Assembly (NCBI GenBank): GCA_902593675.1
Contig: CACJJI010000004.1
Span: forward strand, 77,529-141,528
Reading direction: 5' to 3'
Source: an uncultured SAR86 cluster bacterium
GTDB lineage: Bacteria > Pseudomonadota > Gammaproteobacteria > Magnimaribacterales > D2472
Length of the DNA: 64,000 nt
Position numbers and translations under genes: made by a program. This document shows, piece by piece, positions 1-8,842 of the stretch; position 1 is the stretch's first letter; each line of letters opens with the position of its first letter. The notes under the pieces were generated by a model. It did not search any database. It was not told where the DNA came from and saw only the letters and a list, made by a program, of their open reading frames with translations.

Positions 1-1
1 T

Positions 2-682
2 GAAGATATTGCTGATGCAATGATCATAGGCACTATAATTGAAAAATTATCTATGAGGGGAACACGATTAATAATTTCATCTAATTCACACCCTAATGAT
101 CTTTACAAGGATGGTCTTCAGCGATCGAAATTTTTAAAAACAGTTAATTTTGTTAATAAAAACTTTTTTATACATAATTTATTGGGTAGTGAAGACTACA
201 GACTCAAAGAAATTGCTAAGTTTGATAGTTCTGCCAAAGATGGAAATAGTGATAAGGAAGTTAAAGGTTTTTTGCTTAAAACTTTCAGCAAGGATCTAAC
301 TGACACAACTGAGCTCATAGTAAATAATAGAAAATTTGATTGTTTGGGCCGCTCTGATAAAGCTCTATGGCTGTCTTTTGCAGATTTTTTCTCTTCGCCA
401 TGCGCAAGCAAGGATTTCATTGAAATTGTTGAAACATTTGAATGGATATTCATTAATAATTTCCATGTTTGTGATGATGATCATCTTGATAAAGTTAGAA
501 GATTTATTAGTTTTATTGATATTGCTTATCAAGAAAAACAAAAACTAAAATGCTTCTATGAACCAAATTTAATGATTAATCTATATTCTGGAGATCAGTT
601 GCAGTACTTATGGGCTAGAACTGAAAGCAGACTCCATCAAATGGCAACAACAAAATATCTTCAAAATTTAGAGAAAAACTAA
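2..682 (+). CDS. zapE: Cell division ATPase ZapE (AFG1 family), 5'-truncated by window edge
   Basis: Frame open from position 2 (EDIADAMI); motifs SSNSHPNDLYKDGLQR, DYRL, RRFISFID, RTESRL; sits upstream of rplM. Confidence 0.85.
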   Translation, partial: EDIADAMIIGTIIEKLSMRGTRLIISSNSHPNDLYKDGLQRSKFLKTVNFVNKNFFIHNLLGSEDYRLKEIAKFDSSAKDGNSDKEVKGFLLKTFSKDLTDTTELIVNNRKFDCLGRSDKALWLSFADFFSSPCASKDFIEIVETFEWIFINNFHVCDDDHLDKVRRFISFIDIAYQEKQKLKCFYEPNLMINLYSGDQLQYLWARTESRLHQMATTKYLQNLEKN

Positions 683-700
683 ACTAAATGAATTAAAATA

Positions 701-729
701 TTGATTAAATAGCGCGTAAACATTAACAT
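701..729 (+). promoter_or_regulatory. Putative sigma70 promoter of rplM-rpsI
   Basis: TTGATT (701-706), 17 nt spacer, TAACAT (724-729). Confidence 0.55.
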
Positions 730-764
730 TCGCATCTAATTTTTTTCTTTAAACATAAAAAGTA

Positions 765-1199
765 ATGAAAACTCTTTCACTCAGAAAAGAAGACGCTCAA
801 CATGATTGGTATGTTGTAGATGCTTCAGACAAAATTTTAGGGCGTCTAGCTACAAAGATAGCTGATCGTATTAGAGGCAAAGACAAACCTACCTTCACTC
901 CACATACTGATGGTGGAGACTATGTAGTCGTCATCAATGCAGAAAAAATTCAGGTAACTGGAAAAAAATTTGATGATAAAAAATATTATACCCACTCACT
1001 GTACCCCGGTGGTTTGAAGACTAAAGTGTTCAAAGATATTATCGAAGACAAGCCTGAATATATTATAGAGGAAGCTGTAAAAGGCATGCTTCCAAAAAAT
1101 AAACTTGGAAAGCAAATGTTTAAGAAACTGAAAGTTTACAAGGGAGATAATCATCCCCACGAATCACAAGAGCCCCAAGTTTGGGAGCCAAAACTATGA
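765..1199 (+). CDS. rplM: 50S ribosomal protein L13
   Basis: [42 protein letters not shown]. Confidence 0.98.
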   Translation: MKTLSLRKEDAQHDWYVVDASDKILGRLATKIADRIRGKDKPTFTPHTDGGDYVVVINAEKIQVTGKKFDDKKYYTHSLYPGGLKTKVFKDIIEDKPEYIIEEAVKGMLPKNKLGKQMFKKLKVYKGDNHPHESQEPQVWEPKL

Positions 1200-1588
1200 C
1201 CGCAGCTATCCATTACGCGACTGGTAGAAGGAAAACTTCATCAGCTAGAGTTTATCTTTCAAAAGGAAAAGGAAAAATACTAATTAATAATAAAGAGCTA
1301 TCTAATTATTTCGGTAGGCAAGTTGCTCAAATGCTAGTAATGCAACCATTGAAATTAACAGAGCTGGATGAAAAGGTAGACATTAAGGCTATGGTTAAAG
1401 GCGGGGGAAGCTTTGGTCAAGCTGGAGCAATTAGGCATGGCATCTCAAGAGCTTTGCTTGAATTTGATGAAAGTCTAAGACCCCAGTTAAAATCTGCAGG
1501 GTTTTTAACGAGAGATGATAGAAAAGTAGAGAGAAAGAAGCCAGGATTAAAGAAAGCAAGAAAAAGCTCTCAATTTTCCAAACGTTAA
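1196..1588 (+). CDS. rpsI: 30S ribosomal protein S9
   Basis: [32 protein letters not shown]-terminal QFSKR; ATG at 1196 overlaps the rplM stop. Confidence 0.98.
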   Translation: MTAAIHYATGRRKTSSARVYLSKGKGKILINNKELSNYFGRQVAQMLVMQPLKLTELDEKVDIKAMVKGGGSFGQAGAIRHGISRALLEFDESLRPQLKSAGFLTRDDRKVERKKPGLKKARKSSQFSKR

Positions 1589-1632
1589 TTTCTTAGATTT
1601 AAATACTAGGGTTCATCCCAATATAGGTTTTA

Positions 1633-2217
1633 ATGGAAGAAAAAATTACCACGCGAAGAAAAGTACTTATAGGCATGACCTCAGCTGTAGGTGCAGTTGG
1701 CGCGTCATTCGCAGTTGTTCCTTTTGTTGCTTCTTGGAATCCAAGTGCAAAAGCTAAGGCAGTTGGTGGTCCGGTAAAAGTTGATGTCTCCAAGATGCAG
1801 GTTGGCCAAAAAATTCAAGTTTCTTGGAGAAAACAGCCAGTTTTTGTTATCAGACATAGCAAAGAAGCTCTAGAAAATCTTTCAAAAGTTGAATCCAAGC
1901 TTGATGATCCAAGTTCCCTAAAGATTGAAGAACCATATAGAGACGTTAATCCAACACGATCAACTTCAAATGAATACACCGTGATTGCAGGAGTTTGTAC
2001 CCATTTGGGATGTGCTCCAAAGTATTATCCTGAAATGGAATCTCAACCTTGGGATGAGTCTTGGGTTGGTGGATTTTTTTGTCCTTGCCACGGCTCAATG
2101 TTTGATATTGTTGGAAGAGTATTCAAAGGAGTTCCTGCTCCAACTAATTTAAAGGTTCCGCCACATTATTTTGACGGAAGTATATTAACAATAGGGGAAG
2201 AAAGAGGCACTGCATAA
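1633..2217 (+). CDS. petA: Ubiquinol-cytochrome c reductase Rieske Fe-S subunit
   Basis: Tat signal TRRKVL; CTHLGC and CPCHGS Rieske motifs. Confidence 0.97.
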   Translation: MEEKITTRRKVLIGMTSAVGAVGASFAVVPFVASWNPSAKAKAVGGPVKVDVSKMQVGQKIQVSWRKQPVFVIRHSKEALENLSKVESKLDDPSSLKIEEPYRDVNPTRSTSNEYTVIAGVCTHLGCAPKYYPEMESQPWDESWVGGFFCPCHGSMFDIVGRVFKGVPAPTNLKVPPHYFDGSILTIGEERGTA

Positions 2218-3434
2218 TGACCCAAAAAGCATCAGGATTTTTTAATTGGATTAATGCTCGTTTACCTATTGTAAATACATATGAACGCCATTTATCAAAA
2301 CATCCTGTCCCCAAGAAGGTAAATTTCTGGTACATGTTTGGTGCTTTGGCATCAGTAGTTTTAATTATCCAAATCGTTTCAGGTATATGGTTGATGTTTG
2401 GATATGAGAATACTGAAGAGGGCGCTTTTGCTTCTATTGAATATATTATGCGAGATATTGAATATGGCTGGGTTATCCGATATATGCATACTACTGGCGC
2501 ATCAATGTTCTTTGCTGTTGTATATCTTCATATGTTTCGAGGGCTGCTATATGGCTCTTACCATAAACCAAGAGAATTAGTTTGGGTTTTTGGTATGACC
2601 ATTTACCTCGTAATGATGGCTGAGGGTTTTTTAGGGTATGTTTTGCCTTATGGTCAAATGTCTTACTGGGGCGCCCAAGTCATTATTTCCCTTTTCGGAG
2701 CCATACCTTATATTGGCGAGTCATTAGAAATTTGGGTTAGAGGTGACTACTACATTTCTGGTGCAACCATCTCAAGGTTCTTTGCATTGCACGTGGTGGC
2801 TCTGCCCCTAATATTAATAGCGCTGGTATTTATGCACTTGGTTGCTTTGCATGAGGTTGGCGCAGGTAATCCAGAGGGTGTGGATATTGAAAAACATCTA
2901 GATGAGGATGGAGTTCCATTGGACAGCGTCCCATTTTTCCCATATAAAGTTTTGAATGCATTGGTAGCTATTGGAATATTCGGCATTGTTTTTTCAATTA
3001 TCATGTTCTTTTTTCCCGAAGGTGGCGGTTACATGTTGGAGTTAGCTAATTTTGAGGAAGCTAACCCCTTAAGCACTCCTGAGCACATCGCCCCAGTATG
3101 GTATTACTCACCATACTACGCAATGTTAAGAGCTGTTCCTGATAAGCTTGGCGGTCTTGTAGTTATGGGTGCTGCTATAGCTATACTATTCGTTGTGCCA
3201 TGGCTTGATAGAAGTAAAGCTGCTTCTATTAGGTACAAGGGAATACTGAGTAAGATTGCAATGACTATTTTCATTATTAGTTGGCTCATGCTGGCATGGT
3301 TGGGCACTGTGCCTGTAACAGCCCTAAGAACAACACTTAGCATCATTGGGACTGTAATTTATTTTGCATTTTTCTTATTAATGCCCATTTATACTTCAAT
3401 CGAAAAAACTAAGCCGGTACCAGAAAGATTATGA
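2217..3434 (+). CDS. petB: Cytochrome b
   Basis: IRYMHTTGAS, YLHMFRG, GQMSYWG, RFFALH, TPEHIAPVWY (PEWY-equivalent). Confidence 0.98.
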   Translation: MTQKASGFFNWINARLPIVNTYERHLSKHPVPKKVNFWYMFGALASVVLIIQIVSGIWLMFGYENTEEGAFASIEYIMRDIEYGWVIRYMHTTGASMFFAVVYLHMFRGLLYGSYHKPRELVWVFGMTIYLVMMAEGFLGYVLPYGQMSYWGAQVIISLFGAIPYIGESLEIWVRGDYYISGATISRFFALHVVALPLILIALVFMHLVALHEVGAGNPEGVDIEKHLDEDGVPLDSVPFFPYKVLNALVAIGIFGIVFSIIMFFFPEGGGYMLELANFEEANPLSTPEHIAPVWYYSPYYAMLRAVPDKLGGLVVMGAAIAILFVVPWLDRSKAASIRYKGILSKIAMTIFIISWLMLAWLGTVPVTALRTTLSIIGTVIYFAFFLLMPIYTSIEKTKPVPERL

Positions 3435-4228
3435 AGAAATTCTTATTAGTAGCTTTCTTATTTATTGGTTCTCAAGAAGCTTTTGCAACGGTAGGTGCGC
3501 CATGCGGTGATTATGGGGAATGCGATTCATTTAAACCCGAACTTAATAATATGGAGTCACTGCAATTAGGTGCTTTGACCTATATTAATTATTGTTATGG
3601 TTGCCATTCATTGAAATATTCTCGCTGGGGACGAATTTCAAAAGACCTTGATATTCCTGAGGATATTTTCAATGACAATCTAGTTTTTGGTGTAAATGTA
3701 AAGCTTGGAGATAGAATGACCGGGTCAATGAAACCTGCTATTTCTGAAACTTGGTTTGGTATAGCCCCGCCCGATTTAACGCTTGTTACTAGATTACATG
3801 GCTCTGATTGGGTCTATACTTATTTAAGAACTTTTTATGAGGATTCATCAAAGCCATATGGAGTAAACAATATGGTGTACCCTGGTGCAGCAATGCCAAA
3901 TGTTTTAGCTTCGTTGCAAGGTCAGCAAATATTATCTTGTAAGGATGTCCCATTAATAGCCAGTAATGGTGGTGTGAGAAGGGATGAAATGGGTAACGAT
4001 ATAACTGAAGAAAAGTGTGGTTATCTTAAAACTGTAGAAGAATCTGGTGCATTATCTGTTCAAGAGTTTGACGAGGTTATATTTAACCTAGTAAATTTTA
4101 TGACATACGTTGGAGAGCCAAGTAGATCAGATAGAGAGAGAATTGGTTGGTACGCGATACTATTTTTTATAGTATTCACAGCACTTGCTTATCTTCTTTT
4201 TCGGGAATACCAAAAGGATTACCATTAG
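3431..4228 (+). CDS. petC: Cytochrome c1
   Basis: Signal peptide, CYGCH heme motif, PPDLTL, AMPNVL, C-terminal TM helix. Confidence 0.95.
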   Translation: MKKFLLVAFLFIGSQEAFATVGAPCGDYGECDSFKPELNNMESLQLGALTYINYCYGCHSLKYSRWGRISKDLDIPEDIFNDNLVFGVNVKLGDRMTGSMKPAISETWFGIAPPDLTLVTRLHGSDWVYTYLRTFYEDSSKPYGVNNMVYPGAAMPNVLASLQGQQILSCKDVPLIASNGGVRRDEMGNDITEEKCGYLKTVEESGALSVQEFDEVIFNLVNFMTYVGEPSRSDRERIGWYAILFFIVFTALAYLLFREYQKDYH

Positions 4229-4254
4229 AACTTAACTACGAAAAAAGAGGAAGT

Positions 4255-4863
4255 ATGATTTTATATTCTGACAAAGACGACCACTACAGCCACAGAGTAA
4301 GAATTGTTCTTGCTGAGAAAGATATTGCATGTGAAATCCGGGAAACCACAAATGAAGAAGCTCCCGATGAAGTGCTCTCATTAAACCCATATCACACCCT
4401 GCCTATTTTGACTGATAGAGATCTTGGTTTATACAATGCAGGGATAATGCTTGAATATCTTGATGAGCGCTTTCCACATCCTCCTCTTCTTCCAGTATAT
4501 CCAGTATCAAGAGCAAATAGCAGAACGCTTATGTTGAGGATAGATAAAGAATGGTGCCCACTTGTAGACATCTTAATCGCAAAAGAGCGTTCTGAGAAGG
4601 ACCTATTGATTGTTAGAGAGGAGTTACTAAATGAAATCAGTACCGTTGCCCCAACTTTTAAAGAATTTGATTTTTTTATGAGCGAGGATTTTTCATTAAT
4701 TGATTGCTATCTAGCGCCTATTTTATGGAGACTTCCTTCGCTTGGAATTAATCTCCCTTTGAACAGACACCTCAAACCTTTATTGGATTACCAAGCTAAA
4801 ATATTTGCTAGACCTAGTTTCCAGGATAGTCTTTCTTTAATAGAAAAAGATCTGCGAGACTAA
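4255..4863 (+). CDS. sspA: Stringent starvation protein A (GST fold)
   Basis: YSHRVRIVLAEK, LEYLDERFPHPPLLPVYPV; ATG 4255 has an AGAGG RBS; follows petC. Confidence 0.93.
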   Translation: MILYSDKDDHYSHRVRIVLAEKDIACEIRETTNEEAPDEVLSLNPYHTLPILTDRDLGLYNAGIMLEYLDERFPHPPLLPVYPVSRANSRTLMLRIDKEWCPLVDILIAKERSEKDLLIVREELLNEISTVAPTFKEFDFFMSEDFSLIDCYLAPILWRLPSLGINLPLNRHLKPLLDYQAKIFARPSFQDSLSLIEKDLRD

Positions 4864-4865
4864 GA

Positions 4866-5960
4866 CTAAAATAAATCTGCTCTAATTTTCTGCAAAGGAA
4901 TCACTCTTTTGGTACAAGAATTAGATTTAAAAATAATACTTCCTGTCACTCCATTTATTTTTGCAGATTTAACCCCAGCTTGTTCTAAAATTTGTATCAA
5001 TAACCATTCATGAAGCGTACCCAACTCTAGGAATCTTTCTAGCGATTCTAATTCCTTATGTTGAATTTTTCTTGTTATATATTTTGAAATAGGAGCCCAA
5101 GAATCTTCATAGTCCAGTAATTGCAGAGGATTAGAAATTTCCTCCAAAGAAGAGATAAAGTTTATATATTTAAAATGACTGCCTCCATGATATCTAAGAG
5201 CAGGAATCATAGATTTATATTCTTGAGGAGCTAAAAGGATTATTGCATGTTTTAAATCAGCTCTGGGTCGAGGAGTAAAATTGATGTTTTGATTAGGGTT
5301 GAGGTCAGAAATTTTTTTAAACCTTTCTTCACTAAAATTAATCCCCAATACTTCTGCAGAAAATTCTTGGAAACTACTTGAATTGTATTTTGCTATTATG
5401 AAGTTTGCATCATTTGATACAAAATCTTTGAAAAAAGAAGCATATTCTTCAGAGTAAATAACTAATATTGGATCAGAGGTTTGGGTTGTCGCTTTATTAA
5501 TTGAAGCAATAGCATCCTCGTAAATGCTTGCACAGAAACCACTAATTTTATCTGCAAATAAGCTTTTGGGGAGCGAACTATGTTTTTTTCTATCCCATGA
5601 AATTTTCATTGGTAGATTAAATTTATAGATTAACTCTATTATTCTTTTGGAATGTGGTTGATCAGATCTTAACTCAATAGAGTACTTTTTTGTAGATAGT
5701 ATTTTTTGATAATTATTTTTTAATAATTTTGCATCTTTTAATTGCTCTTGATTCAAACTATTGTTACCAATGATTCTCTTGATTGTTTCTAGGTCATTCA
5801 GAGAGAAGCTTTGATAGTCAAAAATTTCTTGAAAATCTTTCGGACTACTATCTTTAGATTCAATTGAATTAACTTGAATATTTTTCGATGATGAAGAGCA
5901 TGATGCTAAGATGATTAATGCTATAAAATGTTTTAAATATTTATTTTTCTTTAAAATCAT
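4866..5960 (-). CDS. Shortened LpoA/LppC-like lipoprotein (PBP1a activator)
   Basis: Lipobox LASC; FTPRPRAD, MIPALRYH and INGVTGSI resemble the LppC C-terminal domain; divergent from rsmI as lpoA usually is. Confidence 0.65.
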   Translation of the reverse strand: MILKKNKYLKHFIALIILASCSSSSKNIQVNSIESKDSSPKDFQEIFDYQSFSLNDLETIKRIIGNNSLNQEQLKDAKLLKNNYQKILSTKKYSIELRSDQPHSKRIIELIYKFNLPMKISWDRKKHSSLPKSLFADKISGFCASIYEDAIASINKATTQTSDPILVIYSEEYASFFKDFVSNDANFIIAKYNSSSFQEFSAEVLGINFSEERFKKISDLNPNQNINFTPRPRADLKHAIILLAPQEYKSMIPALRYHGGSHFKYINFISSLEEISNPLQLLDYEDSWAPISKYITRKIQHKELESLERFLELGTLHEWLLIQILEQAGVKSAKINGVTGSIIFKSNSCTKRVIPLQKIRADLF

Positions 5961-5972
5961 TAAGTAAATTTC

Positions 5973-6794
5973 ATGCTTTATATAATTTGCACTCCTATTG
6001 GTAATTTAAATGATTTCTCATTGAGGTCAATCAATACTTTAAAGGAAGTAGACACAATTTTTGCAGAAGATACTAGGGTTGCTTTAAAACTCTTACAAAA
6101 TTTTGATATTCAAAAGAAAACTAAACCATTTCATGAGCATAATGAAGCTAAAGCTAGCGATGAAATAATTAAACTAATTAAAAGTGGAGAAACAATAGCG
6201 CTTATATCTGATGCAGGGGCGCCACTTATATCTGATCCTGGATACCCATTAATTCAAAGATGCATCAAGGAGGATATTTGTTTCACCGTCCTTCCAGGGC
6301 CATCGGCAGTGATCAATGCTGTTATTCTCTCAGGTTTGCCATCAGATAAATTCATATTTAATGGATTTTTACCTAAACAATCTGAGGCAAAAAGAAAAAT
6401 TGCTATAAAGATACAAAACTCTAATATAACAAATATTTATTTTGAATCTGCAAAGCGGATTAGTAAAACTATTTCAATTTTTTCTGAGGTCCTCAGGCCA
6501 AATACTCAGGTAGCAATATGCCGTGAGATGACCAAGGAATTCGAGTCCGTTTATAGAGGAACAATCGAAGAGGTTTTAGCTCTTGTTAAAAATAATGAAA
6601 TTAAATTGTTGGGAGAGTTCGTAATTCTTGTCTATCCTGACTCTTATCTCAGCACATCCCTTAATTTAGATGAAAATTTTTGCCGTCCTTTTCTTAATTT
6701 TTTATCTCCAACAGATGCATCAAAGCTTATAGCTAAAATTACCTCATTTTCCAAGCAAGAAGTATATAAATTCTTGTTAGGGATTTCTAAATAA
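5973..6794 (+). CDS. rsmI: 16S rRNA C1402 2'-O-methyltransferase
   Basis: LYIICTPIGNL, AEDTR, ALISDAGAPLISDPG, REMTKEFE. Confidence 0.96.
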   Translation: MLYIICTPIGNLNDFSLRSINTLKEVDTIFAEDTRVALKLLQNFDIQKKTKPFHEHNEAKASDEIIKLIKSGETIALISDAGAPLISDPGYPLIQRCIKEDICFTVLPGPSAVINAVILSGLPSDKFIFNGFLPKQSEAKRKIAIKIQNSNITNIYFESAKRISKTISIFSEVLRPNTQVAICREMTKEFESVYRGTIEEVLALVKNNEIKLLGEFVILVYPDSYLSTSLNLDENFCRPFLNFLSPTDASKLIAKITSFSKQEVYKFLLGISK

Positions 6795-6819
6795 AAGCAA
6801 ATGGTATTAAAATGCAATC

Positions 6820-7149
6820 GAGTTGATCGGATGGCTGCTAACAATTTGTTAGAGGAAAGTCCGGACTTCATAGAGTAGAGTGCCAGGTAATTCCTGGGGA
6901 GTGTGAGCTCACGGCAAGTGCAACAGAAATTATACCGCCAAGAAATTGGTAAGGGTGAAATGGTAGGGTAAGAGCCTACCGCGTATTTGGTAACAAATAC
7001 GGCAGTGTAAACCCCACTTTGAAGCAAAACCAAATAGGAATCCTGTTAGGCTACTCGTCTAGGATTCGGGTAGGTTGCTTGAGCAATATGGCGACATATT
7101 GCCTAGATAGATGGCCATTTAATACAGAATCCGGCTTATAGATCAACTC
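6820..7149 (+). ncRNA. rnpB: RNase P RNA (bacterial type A)
   Basis: P1 GAGTTGATC/GATCAACTC; conserved GAGGAAAGTCCGG, AGTGCAACAGAAA, GGGTGAAA, GAAGCAA and ACAGAATCCGGCTTA; lies between rsmI and mraZ. Confidence 0.96.
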
Positions 7150-7167
7150 AAGTCATTTTTTTAAAAA

Positions 7168-7206
7168 AAAGTGTGTAAAAGTGTGCTAAATGTAGTATAA
7201 AGTGTG
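7168..7206 (+). promoter_or_regulatory. Putative MraZ-binding direct repeats in the dcw promoter
   Basis: AAAGTGTG at 7168, 7178 and 7199 plus a degenerate AAATGTAG at 7188; about 10 bp period; immediately upstream of mraZ. Confidence 0.75.
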
Positions 7207-7231
7207 TAGATATTAATTTTTACTATACTTT

Positions 7232-7699
7232 ATGTTTGGTTTTACAACAATTTCGATAGATGCAAAGGGGAGGTTAGCTGTCCCAGCTAAATATCGAAAT
7301 CAGCTTAATGCTCAAAATGAAGAAAGCATTGTTGTTACGAGAGACCCTCAGTATCCTGCATTAAAAATCTATCCAGGCTCAATTTGGAAAAGTATATCCA
7401 CCGAACTTCAATCATTACAAGGCCTTGATCCAATTGTAAGAAACTTACAATGGACAATTTTAGGAAATGCTAGCGAGAGTTCATTTGATCCTAAAGGCAG
7501 AATGTTAATACTTTTGCCCTCGGAGCTAAGAGAGTATGCAGAAATTCAAAAGGAACAAAAAGCATCTTTCATTGGCATGGGTAATAAATTTGAAGTCTGG
7601 AATGACAAAAATTGGGAAGCGAGACAAACAGGCGGTGCTTTATCAACTGAAATTCTTGAAGTTGTATTACCAGAAAGTTTAAAAACAATATCTTTTTAA
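7232..7699 (+). CDS. mraZ: Division/cell wall cluster repressor MraZ
   Basis: Two DxKGR motifs (IDAKGRLAVP, FDPKGRM), GMGNKFEVW. Confidence 0.93.
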   Translation: MFGFTTISIDAKGRLAVPAKYRNQLNAQNEESIVVTRDPQYPALKIYPGSIWKSISTELQSLQGLDPIVRNLQWTILGNASESSFDPKGRMLILLPSELREYAEIQKEQKASFIGMGNKFEVWNDKNWEARQTGGALSTEILEVVLPESLKTISF

Positions 7700-7710
7700 A
7701 GGGGTAGAAA

Positions 7711-8838
7711 ATGAATTGGGAAATAATTGAAGAAAATGCTGGACTAGCCAAGATCAAAGTTATCGGCGTGGGTGGCGCTGGAGGGAATGCAGTTATTCAT
7801 ATGATAAATCATGAGATCCAGGGAGCAGATTTTATCTGTGCTAACACTGATTCTCAAGCATTAGACAGAGCAAAAGGATCTACTATTTTAAAGCTTGGTG
7901 ATAATGTTACTAGGGGTTTGGGAGCTGGAGCAGATCCAAAGGTAGGAAGAGCTGCGGCTGAGAGAGATAGAGCTGCAATTGAGGAATTATTATCTGGAGC
8001 AGATATGATATTTATCACTGCAGGAATGGGGGGAGGAACTGGAACCGGTGCCGCTCCAATTATTGCAGAAATTGCCAAGGAGCTTGGAGCTTTAACAGTG
8101 GCTGTAGTTACCAAACCATTTAACTTTGAAGGTCATAAAAGAAAAGCTGCAGCTGAGCAAGGAATAGCCGAACTAGTTGAAGAAGTTGACAGTCTAATTA
8201 CAATACCGAATCAAAAATTGATGGATATTTTAGGAAGAAAAACTTCCATGGAAGAGGCTTTCGCAAAAGCAGATGATATTTTAAAAGGTGCGGTTCAAGG
8301 CATATCTGACATCATCATGAAACCCGGCTACATAAATGTTGACTTTGCTGATGTCAAAACAGTTATGTCAGAAAAAGGCATAGCTATGATGGGCACAGGT
8401 CAATCAAGCGCTGATGAAAGAGGAATTGATGCTGCTAGCCAAGCTGTCAGCTCAGAGCTACTCGAAGACATTGAGCTAAAAGACGCAAGGGGGATACTAG
8501 TAAACATTACTGCAAAATCCCCAACAATGGCTGATTTTGATGAGGTTGATTCAGTTATTAGAGAGTTTACAGCTGATGACGCAACTATTATTTATGGAAC
8601 TGTCATGGAAGACTCAATGGATGATGAGGAATTGCTTGTTACGGTTGTTGCAACTGGCGTAAATCAAAAAACCGCAACTTTAGCAGTTGATAATTCAAGA
8701 AAAGCAACAGTGCAACTAAATCCAGTGGGCCTAGATGCACCAAAACTAGATAAGTTGGTCGAGTCAGGTGGCACATCGTCTGCAGAGGATATTGATTTCC
8801 TTGATGTGCCAACCTTCATGAGAAAGCAAGTAGATTAA
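7711..8838 (+). CDS. ftsZ: Cell division protein FtsZ
   Basis: IKVIGVGGAGGNAV, tubulin motif GMGGGTGTG, NVDFADV, C-terminal FLDVPTFMRKQ. Confidence 0.99.
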   Translation: MNWEIIEENAGLAKIKVIGVGGAGGNAVIHMINHEIQGADFICANTDSQALDRAKGSTILKLGDNVTRGLGAGADPKVGRAAAERDRAAIEELLSGADMIFITAGMGGGTGTGAAPIIAEIAKELGALTVAVVTKPFNFEGHKRKAAAEQGIAELVEEVDSLITIPNQKLMDILGRKTSMEEAFAKADDILKGAVQGISDIIMKPGYINVDFADVKTVMSEKGIAMMGTGQSSADERGIDAASQAVSSELLEDIELKDARGILVNITAKSPTMADFDEVDSVIREFTADDATIIYGTVMEDSMDDEELLVTVVATGVNQKTATLAVDNSRKATVQLNPVGLDAPKLDKLVESGGTSSAEDIDFLDVPTFMRKQVD

Positions 8839-8842
8839 ATCA

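Noticed and set aside
4147-4254. Long N-terminal extensions in the ORF track (sspA; also rpsI, ftsB, ispDF, pcm, recA, iscU)
   Set aside because: Longest-ORF artefacts; downstream starts match homolog N-termini, mostly with an RBS or translational coupling.
6644-7033. 129 aa minus-strand ORF
   Set aside because: Antisense to RNase P RNA and the rsmI end; no protein motifs.
7161-7210. Short repeats considered as a CRISPR remnant or microsatellite
   Set aside because: Units are only 8 bp with 2-3 nt gaps and no cas genes; better explained as the MraZ operator.
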